Assembly: GCA_048268245.1 (NCBI GenBank)
Contig: JBLWVX010000010.1
Span: 1-64,000, forward strand
Reading direction: 5' to 3'
Source of the DNA: Arcobacteraceae bacterium
Lineage (GTDB): Bacteria; Campylobacterota; Campylobacteria; Campylobacterales; Arcobacteraceae
Length of the DNA stretch: 64,000 nt
The notes under the pieces: model-generated
Database searches by the model: none
What the model saw: only the letters and a program-made list of their open reading frames with translations
Told to the model about the DNA's origin: nothing
Part shown: positions 39,760 through 49,999 of the stretch, piece after piece
Position numbering within the stretch: the first letter of the stretch is position 1
Layout: the number at the start of each line of letters is the position of its first letter
Program-made: the position numbers and the translations under genes

Positions 39760-40860
39760 TCAAAACTTCTTAATCAAGTCCACATAAACAGCTGTTAAGT
39801 CTTCTACTTCTTTTACTGTTGTTCTCTCACCTACACTATGAATAGTGTCGTTGATTACTCCAAACTCTATAGCTTCTATACCAAAGCTTCCGAAGTATCT
39901 AGCGTCACTTGTACCACCTGCTGTTGAGTGTTTTGTAGTAACTCCTGTGATTTCTTTGATTGAGTTCTCCATAGCTTTTACTACTTTTGATTCTTTGTTT
40001 GTTACAAATGGAAAAGAACCTTGTGTAGTTTTAAAGTCATACTCTAAACCTTTTAGATTTTCATGTATGAACTCTTCTACCGATTCTCTTGTAGTGTTTG
40101 TTGAGTTTCTTACATTGAACATAAGTTTTAACTCATTTGGTGTTACATTTGTAACTTGCATACCACCTCTTATATCTGTGATTACCATTTTTGATGGTGC
40201 AAAGTATTCATCTCCGTCATCTAAGTTATGTCCTGCTATTTTTGGCAATACATGAGCGAAGTTATGTACTGGATTTACGCACTTTTCTGGATATGCTGCA
40301 TGGCCTTGCTTTCCTTTGATAGTAATGTATCCGTTGATACTTCCTCTTCTTCCTACTTTTATAGCATCTCCAAATACATCTTCACATGTAGGCTCTGCTA
40401 CAACTGCGTATTGAGGTATGAAGTTTATCTCTTTTAAATGCTCAAGCATTTTAATAGTTCCATAAGTTCCCTCTCCTTCTTCATCAGAAGTCATAAGAAT
40501 ACTTAGTGTGCCATCAAAGTTTTCGGCGTGTTTACAAGCATATAAAAACGCTGCATCACCACTTTTCATATCTTGTGTTCCACGTGCAGTGATAACTCCA
40601 TCGACAATATCAGCAGCAAAAGGATCAACTTCCCAACCCTCACCAGGAGGTACTACATCTATATGCCCTGCAAAACATAAGTGTTGTGGATTGTCGTTGA
40701 ATTTTTTATAATAAAATCTATTTTTTACACCTTCCATATCAACACTTATACATTCCCATGTATCACCTAAATACTCTTCTATAAAATCAAACGCCCCATC
40801 ATCATCAGGAGTAACTGACTTAAATCTTAATAATTTTTGAAATAGTTCTATAACTGTCAT
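39760..40860 (-). CDS. dapE: Succinyl-diaminopimelate desuccinylase
   Basis: FAGHIDVVP, RGTQDMK, SDEEG, GRRGS, GHAAYP, GGTSDAR. Confidence 0.95.
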   Translation of the reverse strand: MTVIELFQKLLRFKSVTPDDDGAFDFIEEYLGDTWECISVDMEGVKNRFYYKKFNDNPQHLCFAGHIDVVPPGEGWEVDPFAADIVDGVITARGTQDMKSGDAAFLYACKHAENFDGTLSILMTSDEEGEGTYGTIKMLEHLKEINFIPQYAVVAEPTCEDVFGDAIKVGRRGSINGYITIKGKQGHAAYPEKCVNPVHNFAHVLPKIAGHNLDDGDEYFAPSKMVITDIRGGMQVTNVTPNELKLMFNVRNSTNTTRESVEEFIHENLKGLEYDFKTTQGSFPFVTNKESKVVKAMENSIKEITGVTTKHSTAGGTSDARYFGSFGIEAIEFGVINDTIHSVGERTTVKEVEDLTAVYVDLIKKF

Positions 40861-40962
40861 TTAATTCCTTTTATATATAATGGGATTGTAGCGAAATTGT
40901 GATTTATTTTGCTATAATAATTAAAATTGCTAAAAAATTATGAGCAAAAAAAGGTAATAATT

Positions 40963-43900
40963 ATGAGTAGATTTGATAAAATATTTTACACCATTGTAAT
41001 ATCATTAAGTATTTATGTAACTGTAGGATTTAAACTAATTCCATATATTGTTGAAGACCAATTAGTAAAAAATCTTGACAAAACGCTAACCCTAAAATCT
41101 CACGTTAAAAAAGTAGATTTTAACCCTTTTACATTTCATGCAAAGATACATGATTTTAGATTAGGAGATTATGATAAGCCAACTGTTTCTTTTGAAGAGT
41201 TTGCTTTAGATTTTGGAGTTTTACAGTCTTTATTTGAATTACATATAAATATAGAAAATGTATCACTAAAAAGTGCATTTGTTGATGTGGTACAGCAAAA
41301 AGATGGAACAATCAATCTTACAAAACTTTTAAAACCATCAAAAGATGAACCAATAAAAAAAGAACCCACAAAAGAAGAAAATAATTTAGCCTTTTTAGTT
41401 TCAAAACTATCTTTAATTGATACAAAAATAAACTATACAAGACTAAAAGAAAATGATCCTTTCTTTTTATCAATTGATGATATAAATTATACTTTATATG
41501 ATTTAGGTAGTTTTGGAAACCCTTTATCATCAAATAGCTTTGCTTTAAATATAAATAAAAACTCTAAACTACTAATTCAAGGTGCTTTTAGACTTCAACC
41601 TTTTACTATGTATGGTAAAGCAACTCTAGAAAATCTAGAACTTGCAAAGCTTTTAGAGTATGAAAAAGAGATGCTAAACTTCACAATTGATAAAAAAGCA
41701 AAGTTTAATACTGTTGTTAACTTTGATATTACTACAAAAGATGAGTTTAATCTAGAACTTTTTACAGATAAACTAAACCTATCAAATCTAAATATCAACA
41801 GTCAAAACAAAGATATTTTAAAATTAGCAAGTTTTGATATAAAAAGAGTTGATTTAAACCTAAAAGATGAAGACCTGAAAGTATCAGGTGTGACTTTATC
41901 AACACCAATTATAAATTTACTACAAAATAAAGATGGACTAAATATCACAAAACTAGTAAACTCAAACGATAAAGAAGAAGAAAAAAAAGAAGAATCAAAA
42001 CCAAATAACTGGAAAGTAAATGTATCAAATATCAAACTAGAGAATGCAAGTTTAAACTTTAAAGATACTGTAAATAACTTAGAAGTTAAAAACTCAAACT
42101 TTTCTTTTAATACTGATACAGTAAATCTAAAAGGCTCACAAATTGATTTAAGTAATCTTTCATTAAACAATCCAAAGCTTTCATTTACAGATAACAAAAA
42201 TAGACTTAATATAGATAGTAAAAATTTAAATATCAAACTAAATAAATTAGCTTTAATTGATAATAAAATAGCTATAGATAAACTAGGTATCACAAAAGAA
42301 AGTTTAGCTTTAAAAGATAGAAAAAATGCTATGTATATAAACACAAATAAAACTTCTTTAAACCTGAACAATATAAAAGTAGCAGATGGTAAGACATCAG
42401 TAAGTTCTGTAAACTCAATGATTAAAACAATAACCTTAAATCAAACAAGAGAAAAACAAAAAATAAATATAAATAACTTAGGACTTAATGTAAATAGCAT
42501 AAATCTAAATGGTCAAAATATAAGCATTGCAAAAGCAAAAATATCAAAACCATCAATCAAACTTACAAATCAAAAATCAAATAGCCTAATAAACGCAAGA
42601 AATATTCAATTAAGTTTAAATGATATTAACAAAAACTCAAAACTAATAAGAGTTAAACAACTAAGATTAAATGAACCAAATTTAAGTATTTACAATACAA
42701 AAGAGAAAACTAAAATAAATACTTCAAATATAAATGTTTTAGTAAAAGATATAAAAAGCTATACAAATGGTCTTTTAAGTGTTGCTAGTACAGATATAAT
42801 AAATCCAAAAATATCTATATCTCTTCCTAAAAAAGCTAACAGTACTGCAAAAAAAGAAGAGGAAACAAAAATAAAACAAGCAAATAGTAAAAACAATGCG
42901 AAATTAAACATAGGACCTGTTAATATCAAAAATGGTTCTTTAGCATTTGAAGATAAAAACCTACCTCTTCCTTTTAAAACTACAGTATCAAAGCTAAATG
43001 GTCAAATCTCAGAGTTAGATACTACAAAAGCTAGTAAAACAAGACTGAAAGTAAATGGCGTTGTTGATAAATATGGAACTACAAAGATTACAGGTGTTGT
43101 AAATCCAAATGACATAAAAGTATTAACAGATGTAAACATGGTATTTAAAAATATCTCTATGAAAAACTTCACACCTTATACTTCAAAGTTCATAGGTAAA
43201 GAGTTAGATAGTGGTAAGCTAGATTTAGATTTAAAATATAATATTCAAAAGTCAGATTTAGATGCTCAAAACTCAATTGTTATCACAAAAATAGAGTTAG
43301 GGAAAGATGTAAAAAGTGATGATGCTGTTTCGCTTCCTCTTGGTTTAGCAATTGCGCTACTTGAGGACTCAAATGGAGTTATAGATTTAAATATACCAGT
43401 ATCAGGAAATGTAGATGACCCTAAATTCCAAATAGGCTCAATAGTATGGAAAGCTTTTACAAACTTAATTATGAAAGCTGTAACAGCTCCATTTTCACTT
43501 CTAGGAGCAATGTTTGGATTTGATGAAAATGAAATAAAAAGTGTAAATTTTGATTTTGGAAAAAGTGAAATTACTCCAATACAAAAAGAAACACTTGATA
43601 AAATATCTAAAATTCTAAATAAAAGACCAAATTTAGCTTTAAAACTTGTAGCTTCATATGATGAGTCTAAAGACATGTATGCAATGAAAAAATCAAACTT
43701 CGAAAAACAAATAAAAGCAAAAATACCAAATGATCAAATAAGAGATTATGAAAAAAGATACCTTGAAGTTATGATGTCAATGTACAAAAAATTTGACAAA
43801 AAGTTAAGTTCTAAAAAAAGCTTCACTAAAGGTGGAAAACTAAACACAAAAGAGTATAGTAAATATCTAGAAAAAAATCTAATTTCTAAACAAAGTATTA

Positions 43901-44073
43901 CTAAAAAAGATTTAGAAGATATGGCGAAAAATAGAGTTTTAAATATAAAAGAATACTTATCTAAAACTAAAAAAATCAAAGCTTCACAAATCATAATAAG
44001 TAATGATATAAAAACAAAAACTCAAAGTAAAAAAACTTCAGATATTGAGCTAGAGATCTCACAAGCAAAATAA
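40963..44073 (+). CDS. DUF748/AsmA-like protein
   Basis: N-terminal TM, FNPFT, LPLGLAIALLEDSNGVIDLNIPVSG, C-terminal OmpA-like segment. ATG 40963 follows AAGGT. Confidence 0.85.
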   Translation: MSRFDKIFYTIVISLSIYVTVGFKLIPYIVEDQLVKNLDKTLTLKSHVKKVDFNPFTFHAKIHDFRLGDYDKPTVSFEEFALDFGVLQSLFELHINIENVSLKSAFVDVVQQKDGTINLTKLLKPSKDEPIKKEPTKEENNLAFLVSKLSLIDTKINYTRLKENDPFFLSIDDINYTLYDLGSFGNPLSSNSFALNINKNSKLLIQGAFRLQPFTMYGKATLENLELAKLLEYEKEMLNFTIDKKAKFNTVVNFDITTKDEFNLELFTDKLNLSNLNINSQNKDILKLASFDIKRVDLNLKDEDLKVSGVTLSTPIINLLQNKDGLNITKLVNSNDKEEEKKEESKPNNWKVNVSNIKLENASLNFKDTVNNLEVKNSNFSFNTDTVNLKGSQIDLSNLSLNNPKLSFTDNKNRLNIDSKNLNIKLNKLALIDNKIAIDKLGITKESLALKDRKNAMYINTNKTSLNLNNIKVADGKTSVSSVNSMIKTITLNQTREKQKININNLGLNVNSINLNGQNISIAKAKISKPSIKLTNQKSNSLINARNIQLSLNDINKNSKLIRVKQLRLNEPNLSIYNTKEKTKINTSNINVLVKDIKSYTNGLLSVASTDIINPKISISLPKKANSTAKKEEETKIKQANSKNNAKLNIGPVNIKNGSLAFEDKNLPLPFKTTVSKLNGQISELDTTKASKTRLKVNGVVDKYGTTKITGVVNPNDIKVLTDVNMVFKNISMKNFTPYTSKFIGKELDSGKLDLDLKYNIQKSDLDAQNSIVITKIELGKDVKSDDAVSLPLGLAIALLEDSNGVIDLNIPVSGNVDDPKFQIGSIVWKAFTNLIMKAVTAPFSLLGAMFGFDENEIKSVNFDFGKSEITPIQKETLDKISKILNKRPNLALKLVASYDESKDMYAMKKSNFEKQIKAKIPNDQIRDYEKRYLEVMMSMYKKFDKKLSSKKSFTKGGKLNTKEYSKYLEKNLISKQSITKKDLEDMAKNRVLNIKEYLSKTKKIKASQIIISNDIKTKTQSKKTSDIELEISQAK

Positions 44074-44090
44074 AAAATCATAACTTAAAC

Positions 44091-44120
44091 TTATAAATAT
44101 GTCATTTGACATATTTATAA
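44091..44120. promoter_or_regulatory. 14-bp inverted repeat (terminator or operator) overlapping a TTGACA -35
   Basis: TTATAAATATGTCA-TT-TGACATATTTATAA; TTGACA at 44106, 17-nt spacer, TATTAT. Confidence 0.5.
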
Positions 44121-44169
44121 TAATCTGATATTATTCTTTTAATTTATATTTAAATTATAAGGACAACTT

Positions 44170-44715
44170 ATGAAAAATGGATTTATATCAATTATAATAC
44201 TTTTATTAGGGTTTTTATTTTATGGTGTATTTACTCAAATAGGTAAAACTTCCTCGAAAAATCTAAAAAGAGTTCCTTGTCAAAACAAGACTATCACTTT
44301 TGAAAAGATAAACACAGAAGCAAATATCTCTAAAGCTATTAAACTTATAGAAAATGGCTCAATTAATATTGAAGGTTATATTGATTACTCAAAATTTATG
44401 AAAAGCAATCTAGAAAGCAAAGTATCAAATAATGACATTAAAAATAGAATCATAAAAATATTAGCTACATATAAAAAATCAGATGAAAAGCTTGATCAAA
44501 AAGTAGATATTAAATTCTATATTTATGAAAATGATAGAGAAGATAAAAGAAAAAAAGGTGATAGTTGTAAAGTTTATGCTGGATATATTGTCTTAGAGTT
44601 CTCTCTAAATAACCAACAAGTATATAAAATACAAACTGACTACATGAAAGATAATACAAGTGATTTAGATGAAAGAATAAACTGTGCTATCAAATCACTA
44701 ATTTTATTAAAATAA
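44170..44715 (+). CDS. Hypothetical membrane-anchored protein
   Basis: N-terminal TM, RBS AAGGA. Confidence 0.75.
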   Translation: MKNGFISIIILLLGFLFYGVFTQIGKTSSKNLKRVPCQNKTITFEKINTEANISKAIKLIENGSINIEGYIDYSKFMKSNLESKVSNNDIKNRIIKILATYKKSDEKLDQKVDIKFYIYENDREDKRKKGDSCKVYAGYIVLEFSLNNQQVYKIQTDYMKDNTSDLDERINCAIKSLILLK

Positions 44716-44724
44716 AGGGATAAA

Positions 44725-45114
44725 ATGACACAAAAAATATTTAAGGAAAAATATCATATATTTGAGATTGTTTATAAAAAAGGTGAATTAAAATACAATA
44801 GTGTAGATGAAATCATTAGTTCACTAAAAGACATGATAGAAAAACACCCTATCATTTCATATATAGCTATATTTGATCAATATGCACATACAAACTCTTT
44901 AGAAATAGGTGAAATAAACCCTTCTATAAAAGCAGCAAAAAACATAGTATTTTGTTTTGGGAAAGAACTACCTACTGCAGAAGTTTTAGCCGTAAGACCA
45001 AGAAGCATAGGTGTTTGTGAGATGGAGGATTCATACATAATAAACTTTCTTGAAGCTCCAAATGATGCAGCAAATGTAACAATGGAAAACTTTATTAAAA
45101 GCCTTAAAAACTAG
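44725..45114 (+). CDS. Hypothetical protein (DUF302-like)
   Basis: FDQYAHT, VFCFG, AVRPRSIGVCE. Confidence 0.7.
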   Translation: MTQKIFKEKYHIFEIVYKKGELKYNSVDEIISSLKDMIEKHPIISYIAIFDQYAHTNSLEIGEINPSIKAAKNIVFCFGKELPTAEVLAVRPRSIGVCEMEDSYIINFLEAPNDAANVTMENFIKSLKN

Positions 45115-45162
45115 TATCAGAAATTAAAATGCTTCCTTTAAATCTATAAAAGAAGTTTAGTT

Positions 45163-45189
45163 AAAGAGGTAATAAAAGTACCTCTTTTT
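45163..45189. terminator. Terminator hairpin
   Basis: AAAGAGGTA...TACCTCTTTTTT between convergent genes. Confidence 0.7.
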
Positions 45190-47393
45190 TAAAGCTTAAT
45201 AACCTTAGCACCAAAACCACCCTGAGAAGGATGTGCGTCTGTATAACCTCTAACTTTTGGATGTGAATCCAAAAACTTTTTAACAGCATAAGATAGCTTT
45301 CCAGTACCAATTCCATGATAAACTAAAACTTCATCAAAGCCTGCAATTAGGGCATCTGATAAAAATTTATCAAGATTATCAATAGCTTCATCTGATCTTT
45401 GTCCATGTAAATCCAATTTTACATGACCACTATCTGGTTTTTGTACATTAACTGTAGCTTTTTTAGGTGGAGTTTTTATCTTTGGAGGGTTTCCACTTCT
45501 TTGTAAATCTTCAAGTTTTACTTGAACTTTCATACCCATATCATTTTCAATAAAAGCTTTTTTACCTTTTATTGAAATAAGTGTTCCTTTTGTAGTTCTA
45601 TATTTTACTCTATCCCCTACTTTAAGCTCAACAGGATCTACTACTTTGTTAGTTTTAATTTCACTAGCTTTTTTATGAGAAGTATTTAGATGCTGATGAC
45701 CTTCTCTTACCATCTTAGCTTTTATTGCTTTTTTTGCTTCTTCTCTTGCATCTTTATACTCTTTGTGAAGCTTTGACTTTTCAGAATAAATCTGTTCATC
45801 TAAAGTCTCTTTTTGCTCTTTTAGATTTCTTGACAATCTTTGCATATTATCAATTTCTTCATCAAGTTTTGCAATTTTTAGTTTATATTCTCGCTCTAAA
45901 TCACTACTTCTTTCAATAAGCTCATTTAGTCTATCTTTATCTTCTCCATAAACCTCTTTTGCTCTTTTTACTACATTTTGAGGAATTCCATATCTACTTG
46001 CAGTTTCAAAAGCATAAGATTTACCAATAGTTCCTTGTAAAAACTCATAAGTTGGTTTTTGATTTTCTTCATCATAAAGTGCTGCGATTAATTCTACATC
46101 ATCATTTGAAGCCATAAGAGCAGCTAGTCTTTTATGGTGAGTTGTAATAATTACTTTAATATCTCTTTTCATTAAATCTTCAATTATTACTTTAAATAAA
46201 CTTGCAGCTTCATCTGAATCAGTACCTAGCTCAATCTCATCTACACCAACTATTGCATTTTTTGCACTAAATAGTTTTGAGAATTCTACCATTCTTCCTG
46301 CAAATGTTGAGATGTCATTTTTTACACTTTGAGGGTCATCTAATACAGCGTTGATATTTTTGAAACTTCCTATTTGTGTCTCTTTTGAAGCTTTGTATGG
46401 TAATAAATACTTTGATAAAAGTACAGCTGATAAAATTGATTTTAACATCATTGTTTTACCACCTGCATTTACCCCTGTAATCATAACTACTGATTTTGTA
46501 AAATCGATAGTTATGGGTTTTGCATCATGTAATGCAGGATGAGAAAAGTTTACTAATTTATTCTCTTTTTTCTTTGATGGTAAGATAAAGTTTTTATCAT
46601 CCATTTTTGCAAAGAAAATTCTAGCTTGATAGTGATCAAATCTATCAAACTCTTTGTTTATAAATTTTAAAAACATCAAGTTTTTTTCAAATATCGAACT
46701 TATCTGCTTACAAACTTTTAATAAAATTTCTTCTTTTTTATTTAATAAATCATTTTGAGCTTGTTTAAGTGAGCTTACACTATGAGGTAGTACATAGAAA
46801 AAACCTGAATTTGATCTATCTAAAACAGATGCTTTTAAAACATGATTAAATCCACCTCTTACAAGTAAACACTCTTCACCATTTACATAGTGAACTTGTG
46901 TATCTACAAGATATGTTCTTAAATTACTATTATTTATAGATTTATAAAGGCTTTGTTTGATTTGTTCTTTGTTTTTTTTGATAGCTTCATTTACTCTATC
47001 AAAATCATCACTTACACCATGTTTTAAGTTTGATTTTTCATCAAAGTAATTACAAACCTCATTTACATCTGATGGTATGATAATCTTATCTATCCACTCT
47101 TGAAGTTTTCCTTCAAAGTTAAATCTTTTTAAATAGTTGAAATACTTGATGATTTTTATAAACTCATAAATTTCATATACTTTTAAAATACCTTGCTTTT
47201 GTAAGTGAACTAGTTGATTATCTAAATTTTCAACTTTTTTAGGTTCATTTATATCATAGTTTGAAAGTTCATTTATAAGTTTAAAGTGAAGGTTTATATC
47301 CCCTTCTAAGATAATTGATTTTTCTCTAGCTAAAAGCTTAGAAAAAGATTCTATATAGTCTGTTAAATCTAATTTTTTTAATATATTTTGCAT
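45189..47393 (-). CDS. mutS2: Endonuclease MutS2
   Basis: ITGVNAGGKT, ISTFAGRM, DEIELGTD, C-terminal Smr domain LDLHG/HGIGTG. Confidence 0.95.
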   Translation of the reverse strand: MQNILKKLDLTDYIESFSKLLAREKSIILEGDINLHFKLINELSNYDINEPKKVENLDNQLVHLQKQGILKVYEIYEFIKIIKYFNYLKRFNFEGKLQEWIDKIIIPSDVNEVCNYFDEKSNLKHGVSDDFDRVNEAIKKNKEQIKQSLYKSINNSNLRTYLVDTQVHYVNGEECLLVRGGFNHVLKASVLDRSNSGFFYVLPHSVSSLKQAQNDLLNKKEEILLKVCKQISSIFEKNLMFLKFINKEFDRFDHYQARIFFAKMDDKNFILPSKKKENKLVNFSHPALHDAKPITIDFTKSVVMITGVNAGGKTMMLKSILSAVLLSKYLLPYKASKETQIGSFKNINAVLDDPQSVKNDISTFAGRMVEFSKLFSAKNAIVGVDEIELGTDSDEAASLFKVIIEDLMKRDIKVIITTHHKRLAALMASNDDVELIAALYDEENQKPTYEFLQGTIGKSYAFETASRYGIPQNVVKRAKEVYGEDKDRLNELIERSSDLEREYKLKIAKLDEEIDNMQRLSRNLKEQKETLDEQIYSEKSKLHKEYKDAREEAKKAIKAKMVREGHQHLNTSHKKASEIKTNKVVDPVELKVGDRVKYRTTKGTLISIKGKKAFIENDMGMKVQVKLEDLQRSGNPPKIKTPPKKATVNVQKPDSGHVKLDLHGQRSDEAIDNLDKFLSDALIAGFDEVLVYHGIGTGKLSYAVKKFLDSHPKVRGYTDAHPSQGGFGAKVIKL

Positions 47394-47428
47394 GGGCGCA
47401 TTATAGCCAAAAGGCTATAATACTTTTA

Positions 47429-48763
47429 TTATAAATAATACTGCCAGTAAACTAAAGCTATTGTAGTAATACAAATAATACCAAAGATATTAAATACAAT
47501 ACCAAATTTAGCCATATCTTTTACTTTTACAGCTCCACTACTCATAGCAATAGCATTTGGAGGAGTTGCAATAGGAAGCATAAAGGCATAAGAAGCACAA
47601 ATCGTAGCTACAAATAAAATAAGCGTAGTGTCAACATTTGCTACCTGACTTAGTGAGTAAATAATAGGTAGTGCAATAGAGATTAATGCTGTATTTGATG
47701 TAACTTCTGTTGTAAATGTAATTAGTGTTGCAACTAAAATTATTAAGAATACTACTGGTAAATTAGTAAGTTGTAATAAATAGTTTGCTATTTCACCAGC
47801 AAGTCCTGTTGATGAGAATGCCGCTGCAATAGAAAAACCTGCACCAAATAAGAAGATGATTTCATAAGGAATTTTTTTTGTATCATCCCATGTTAAAAAA
47901 CCAATTTTTGGCATGAACATTAATAAACCATAACCAAGCAAAATACCTTTTTCATTTATACCAAGTCCTGAATAATATGGCTCAATTTTAGAGTTTATTA
48001 AAAGTAAAACTACAAGTGAACCTAAAATATATAAAAGTCTTCTTTGCTCAGAGTTTAGATGTTCTCTATCTTCTAAATGTGTATTAAACTTAAGATTATT
48101 TACTCCAAGAGATAAAACAAATGGAATAATTAAAAGCATCATAAAGGCTAAAGGTCCTGTTAAGAAAATCCATTTAACAAATGGAATAGCTTCAATAGAT
48201 TGTTGTTCCATAAATCCTAAAAGAATTAAATTTGGAGGTGTTCCAATAGGTGTAACAATGCCACCAATACTTGCACCATAAGCAATAGCTAGAACTAGTC
48301 TCATTTTTAATCTTAAATCATCAGTTAAAAACATAGCAATTGGAATAAGTAAAAGTGCTGTAGTTGTATTTGAGATAAGTGAACTTAAAAATGCTGAAGT
48401 TACTGCTAATGAGAATAAAACTCCCCTTGGTGTATTAGGGAAAAGTGTCAATAACTTATTTGAAACATACTTATGTAAATTGGTCTTTTGAGTTGCAATA
48501 GCAATCATAAAACCACCTAAAAATAGAAAAATAATAGATTTAGAGTAGTTAGCTGTAGTTGCGTTTGTACTCAAGATATCAAATGCGGGGAAAAGTAATA
48601 TAGGAAATAGTGATACTACTCCTAAAGGTAATGCCTCATTTGTCCATAATGCAACAAGAAATACAATAATTGCAAGTAAAGTTGCATGCTGCGTGTTAAA
48701 CGCATAACCAGCTACAAAAAATGTAGCTAGTGCTAATAGTAATGCTATAGCTATTTTTTTCAA
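47429..48763 (-). CDS. SLC13/DASS sodium:dicarboxylate or sulfate symporter
   Basis: SNT, TPIGTPPN, TSNTA, MLPIATPPNAI. Confidence 0.9.
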   Translation of the reverse strand: MKKIAIALLLALATFFVAGYAFNTQHATLLAIIVFLVALWTNEALPLGVVSLFPILLFPAFDILSTNATTANYSKSIIFLFLGGFMIAIATQKTNLHKYVSNKLLTLFPNTPRGVLFSLAVTSAFLSSLISNTTTALLLIPIAMFLTDDLRLKMRLVLAIAYGASIGGIVTPIGTPPNLILLGFMEQQSIEAIPFVKWIFLTGPLAFMMLLIIPFVLSLGVNNLKFNTHLEDREHLNSEQRRLLYILGSLVVLLLINSKIEPYYSGLGINEKGILLGYGLLMFMPKIGFLTWDDTKKIPYEIIFLFGAGFSIAAAFSSTGLAGEIANYLLQLTNLPVVFLIILVATLITFTTEVTSNTALISIALPIIYSLSQVANVDTTLILFVATICASYAFMLPIATPPNAIAMSSGAVKVKDMAKFGIVFNIFGIICITTIALVYWQYYL

Positions 48764-48890
48764 TTTAATCCTTTCTTTTTTAACTGCAAATTACATTGTA
48801 ATGTACAAATGTTCAAATAGCAAAAGAAAGTGTATAAAAATTGTATAGCCTAAAGTAAATAATTACCTATAGTAACATAAAAAAATGTTA

Positions 48891-48934
48891 TAACATTATT
48901 TGTACACAATAAGTACATTTTATGTACATTTTAC
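48891..48934. promoter_or_regulatory. Four phased 11-bp direct repeats upstream of the DASS transporter
   Basis: TAACATTATTT GTACACAATAA GTACATTTTAT GTACATTTTAC. Confidence 0.5.
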
Positions 48935-48941
48935 ATATAAT

Positions 48942-49484
48942 TTACTTCTTTTTTGGTCTAAAAGGCTTAATTACTTCTTCATTACACTCTAAAAATGGAC
49001 CTTCCATTAAATCAATACAATAAGGAATTGCAGGGAATACTGCATCTAAACACTCTCTAATTGATTTTGGTTTACCTGGTAAATTTACAATTAATGAACT
49101 ACCTCTTAATCCTGCTGTTTGTCTTGATAAAATAGCTGTAGGTACAAACTTCAAAGACTCTGCTCTCATAAGTTCACCAAAACCTGGCATCATTCTATCA
49201 CATACAGCTTCTGTAGCTTCTGGCGTTACATCTCTTGCTGCTGGTCCTGTACCACCTGTTGTTACTACTAAACAACACCCTTGATTATCAACTAAATCCT
49301 TCATAGTATCTTCAATAGTTTTTTGGTCATCTTCAATACATCTGTATACAGGTTCCCAAGGTGATGTTAAATAGTCATTCATTGTCTCTTCTATAGCTTT
49401 TCCACTAATATCTTCATAAATTCCTTTACTAGCTCTATCAGATGCTGTAATAATTCCTATTTTTGCTATTTGTTTTTCACTCAT
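48942..49484 (-). CDS. mog: Molybdopterin adenylyltransferase
   Basis: SDRAS.G.YED.SG, TTGGTG..RDVTPEA, NLPGKPK. Confidence 0.95.
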   Translation of the reverse strand: MSEKQIAKIGIITASDRASKGIYEDISGKAIEETMNDYLTSPWEPVYRCIEDDQKTIEDTMKDLVDNQGCCLVVTTGGTGPAARDVTPEATEAVCDRMMPGFGELMRAESLKFVPTAILSRQTAGLRGSSLIVNLPGKPKSIRECLDAVFPAIPYCIDLMEGPFLECNEEVIKPFRPKKK

Positions 49485-49999
49485 AAAATATGTCCTTTTT
49501 CTTTTATATAATATACTGTTGCATAATCTTTAAAAAAATCATTTGCTTTTTTTGAATCAATAATTTTATCTTTTTCTCCAAGATAAACTTCTATCTTCAC
49601 TCCTTTATCAAGAAGTCTTTGAAGCTTTTCTTCACACCATTCATACGTCAAAAGTTCTTCAAGTTCTTCATAAGTACCTAATTTAAAATATTTAGATGTA
49701 TCTTTTTTATTTGGATAAGCAATATTTTCTAAAAAATTATCACAATAAGCTTGTGCATCTTTTTTAAAAAACATTAATTGCATTCTTTTAAACTTTTTAT
49801 CTTGTGTTTGGAAAAAAGCAGGTGAGAATAATTGAAGCTTATCAACCCTTAAAGAGTTTTCTAAAACCTCTTCAAATGCCTTTATTGCTCCATATGAAAA
49901 CCCAGAAATTGTAAAATCATTTTCTACTAAATACTCAGAAAAAAGTTCTTGCTCATTTTCTAAGCAAAAGCCAGAATAGAAACTTTTAAATATCTTCAA
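49481..49999 (-). CDS. bioV: Pimelyl-ACP methyl ester esterase BioV
   Basis: SGFC, GFSYGA, LFSPAFF, GHIL; Campylobacterota synteny. Confidence 0.85.
   Translation of the reverse strand: MKIFKSFYSGFCLENEQELFSEYLVENDFTISGFSYGAIKAFEEVLENSLRVDKLQLFSPAFFQTQDKKFKRMQLMFFKKDAQAYCDNFLENIAYPNKKDTSKYFKLGTYEELEELLTYEWCEEKLQRLLDKGVKIEVYLGEKDKIIDSKKANDFFKDYATVYYIKEKGHIL

Noticed and set aside
41169..43994. Several minus-strand ORFs inside the DUF748 gene, and similar shadow ORFs within the kinase, dapE, mutS2 and carB
   Set aside because: Antisense or alternative-frame shadows of real genes with no recognisable motifs.
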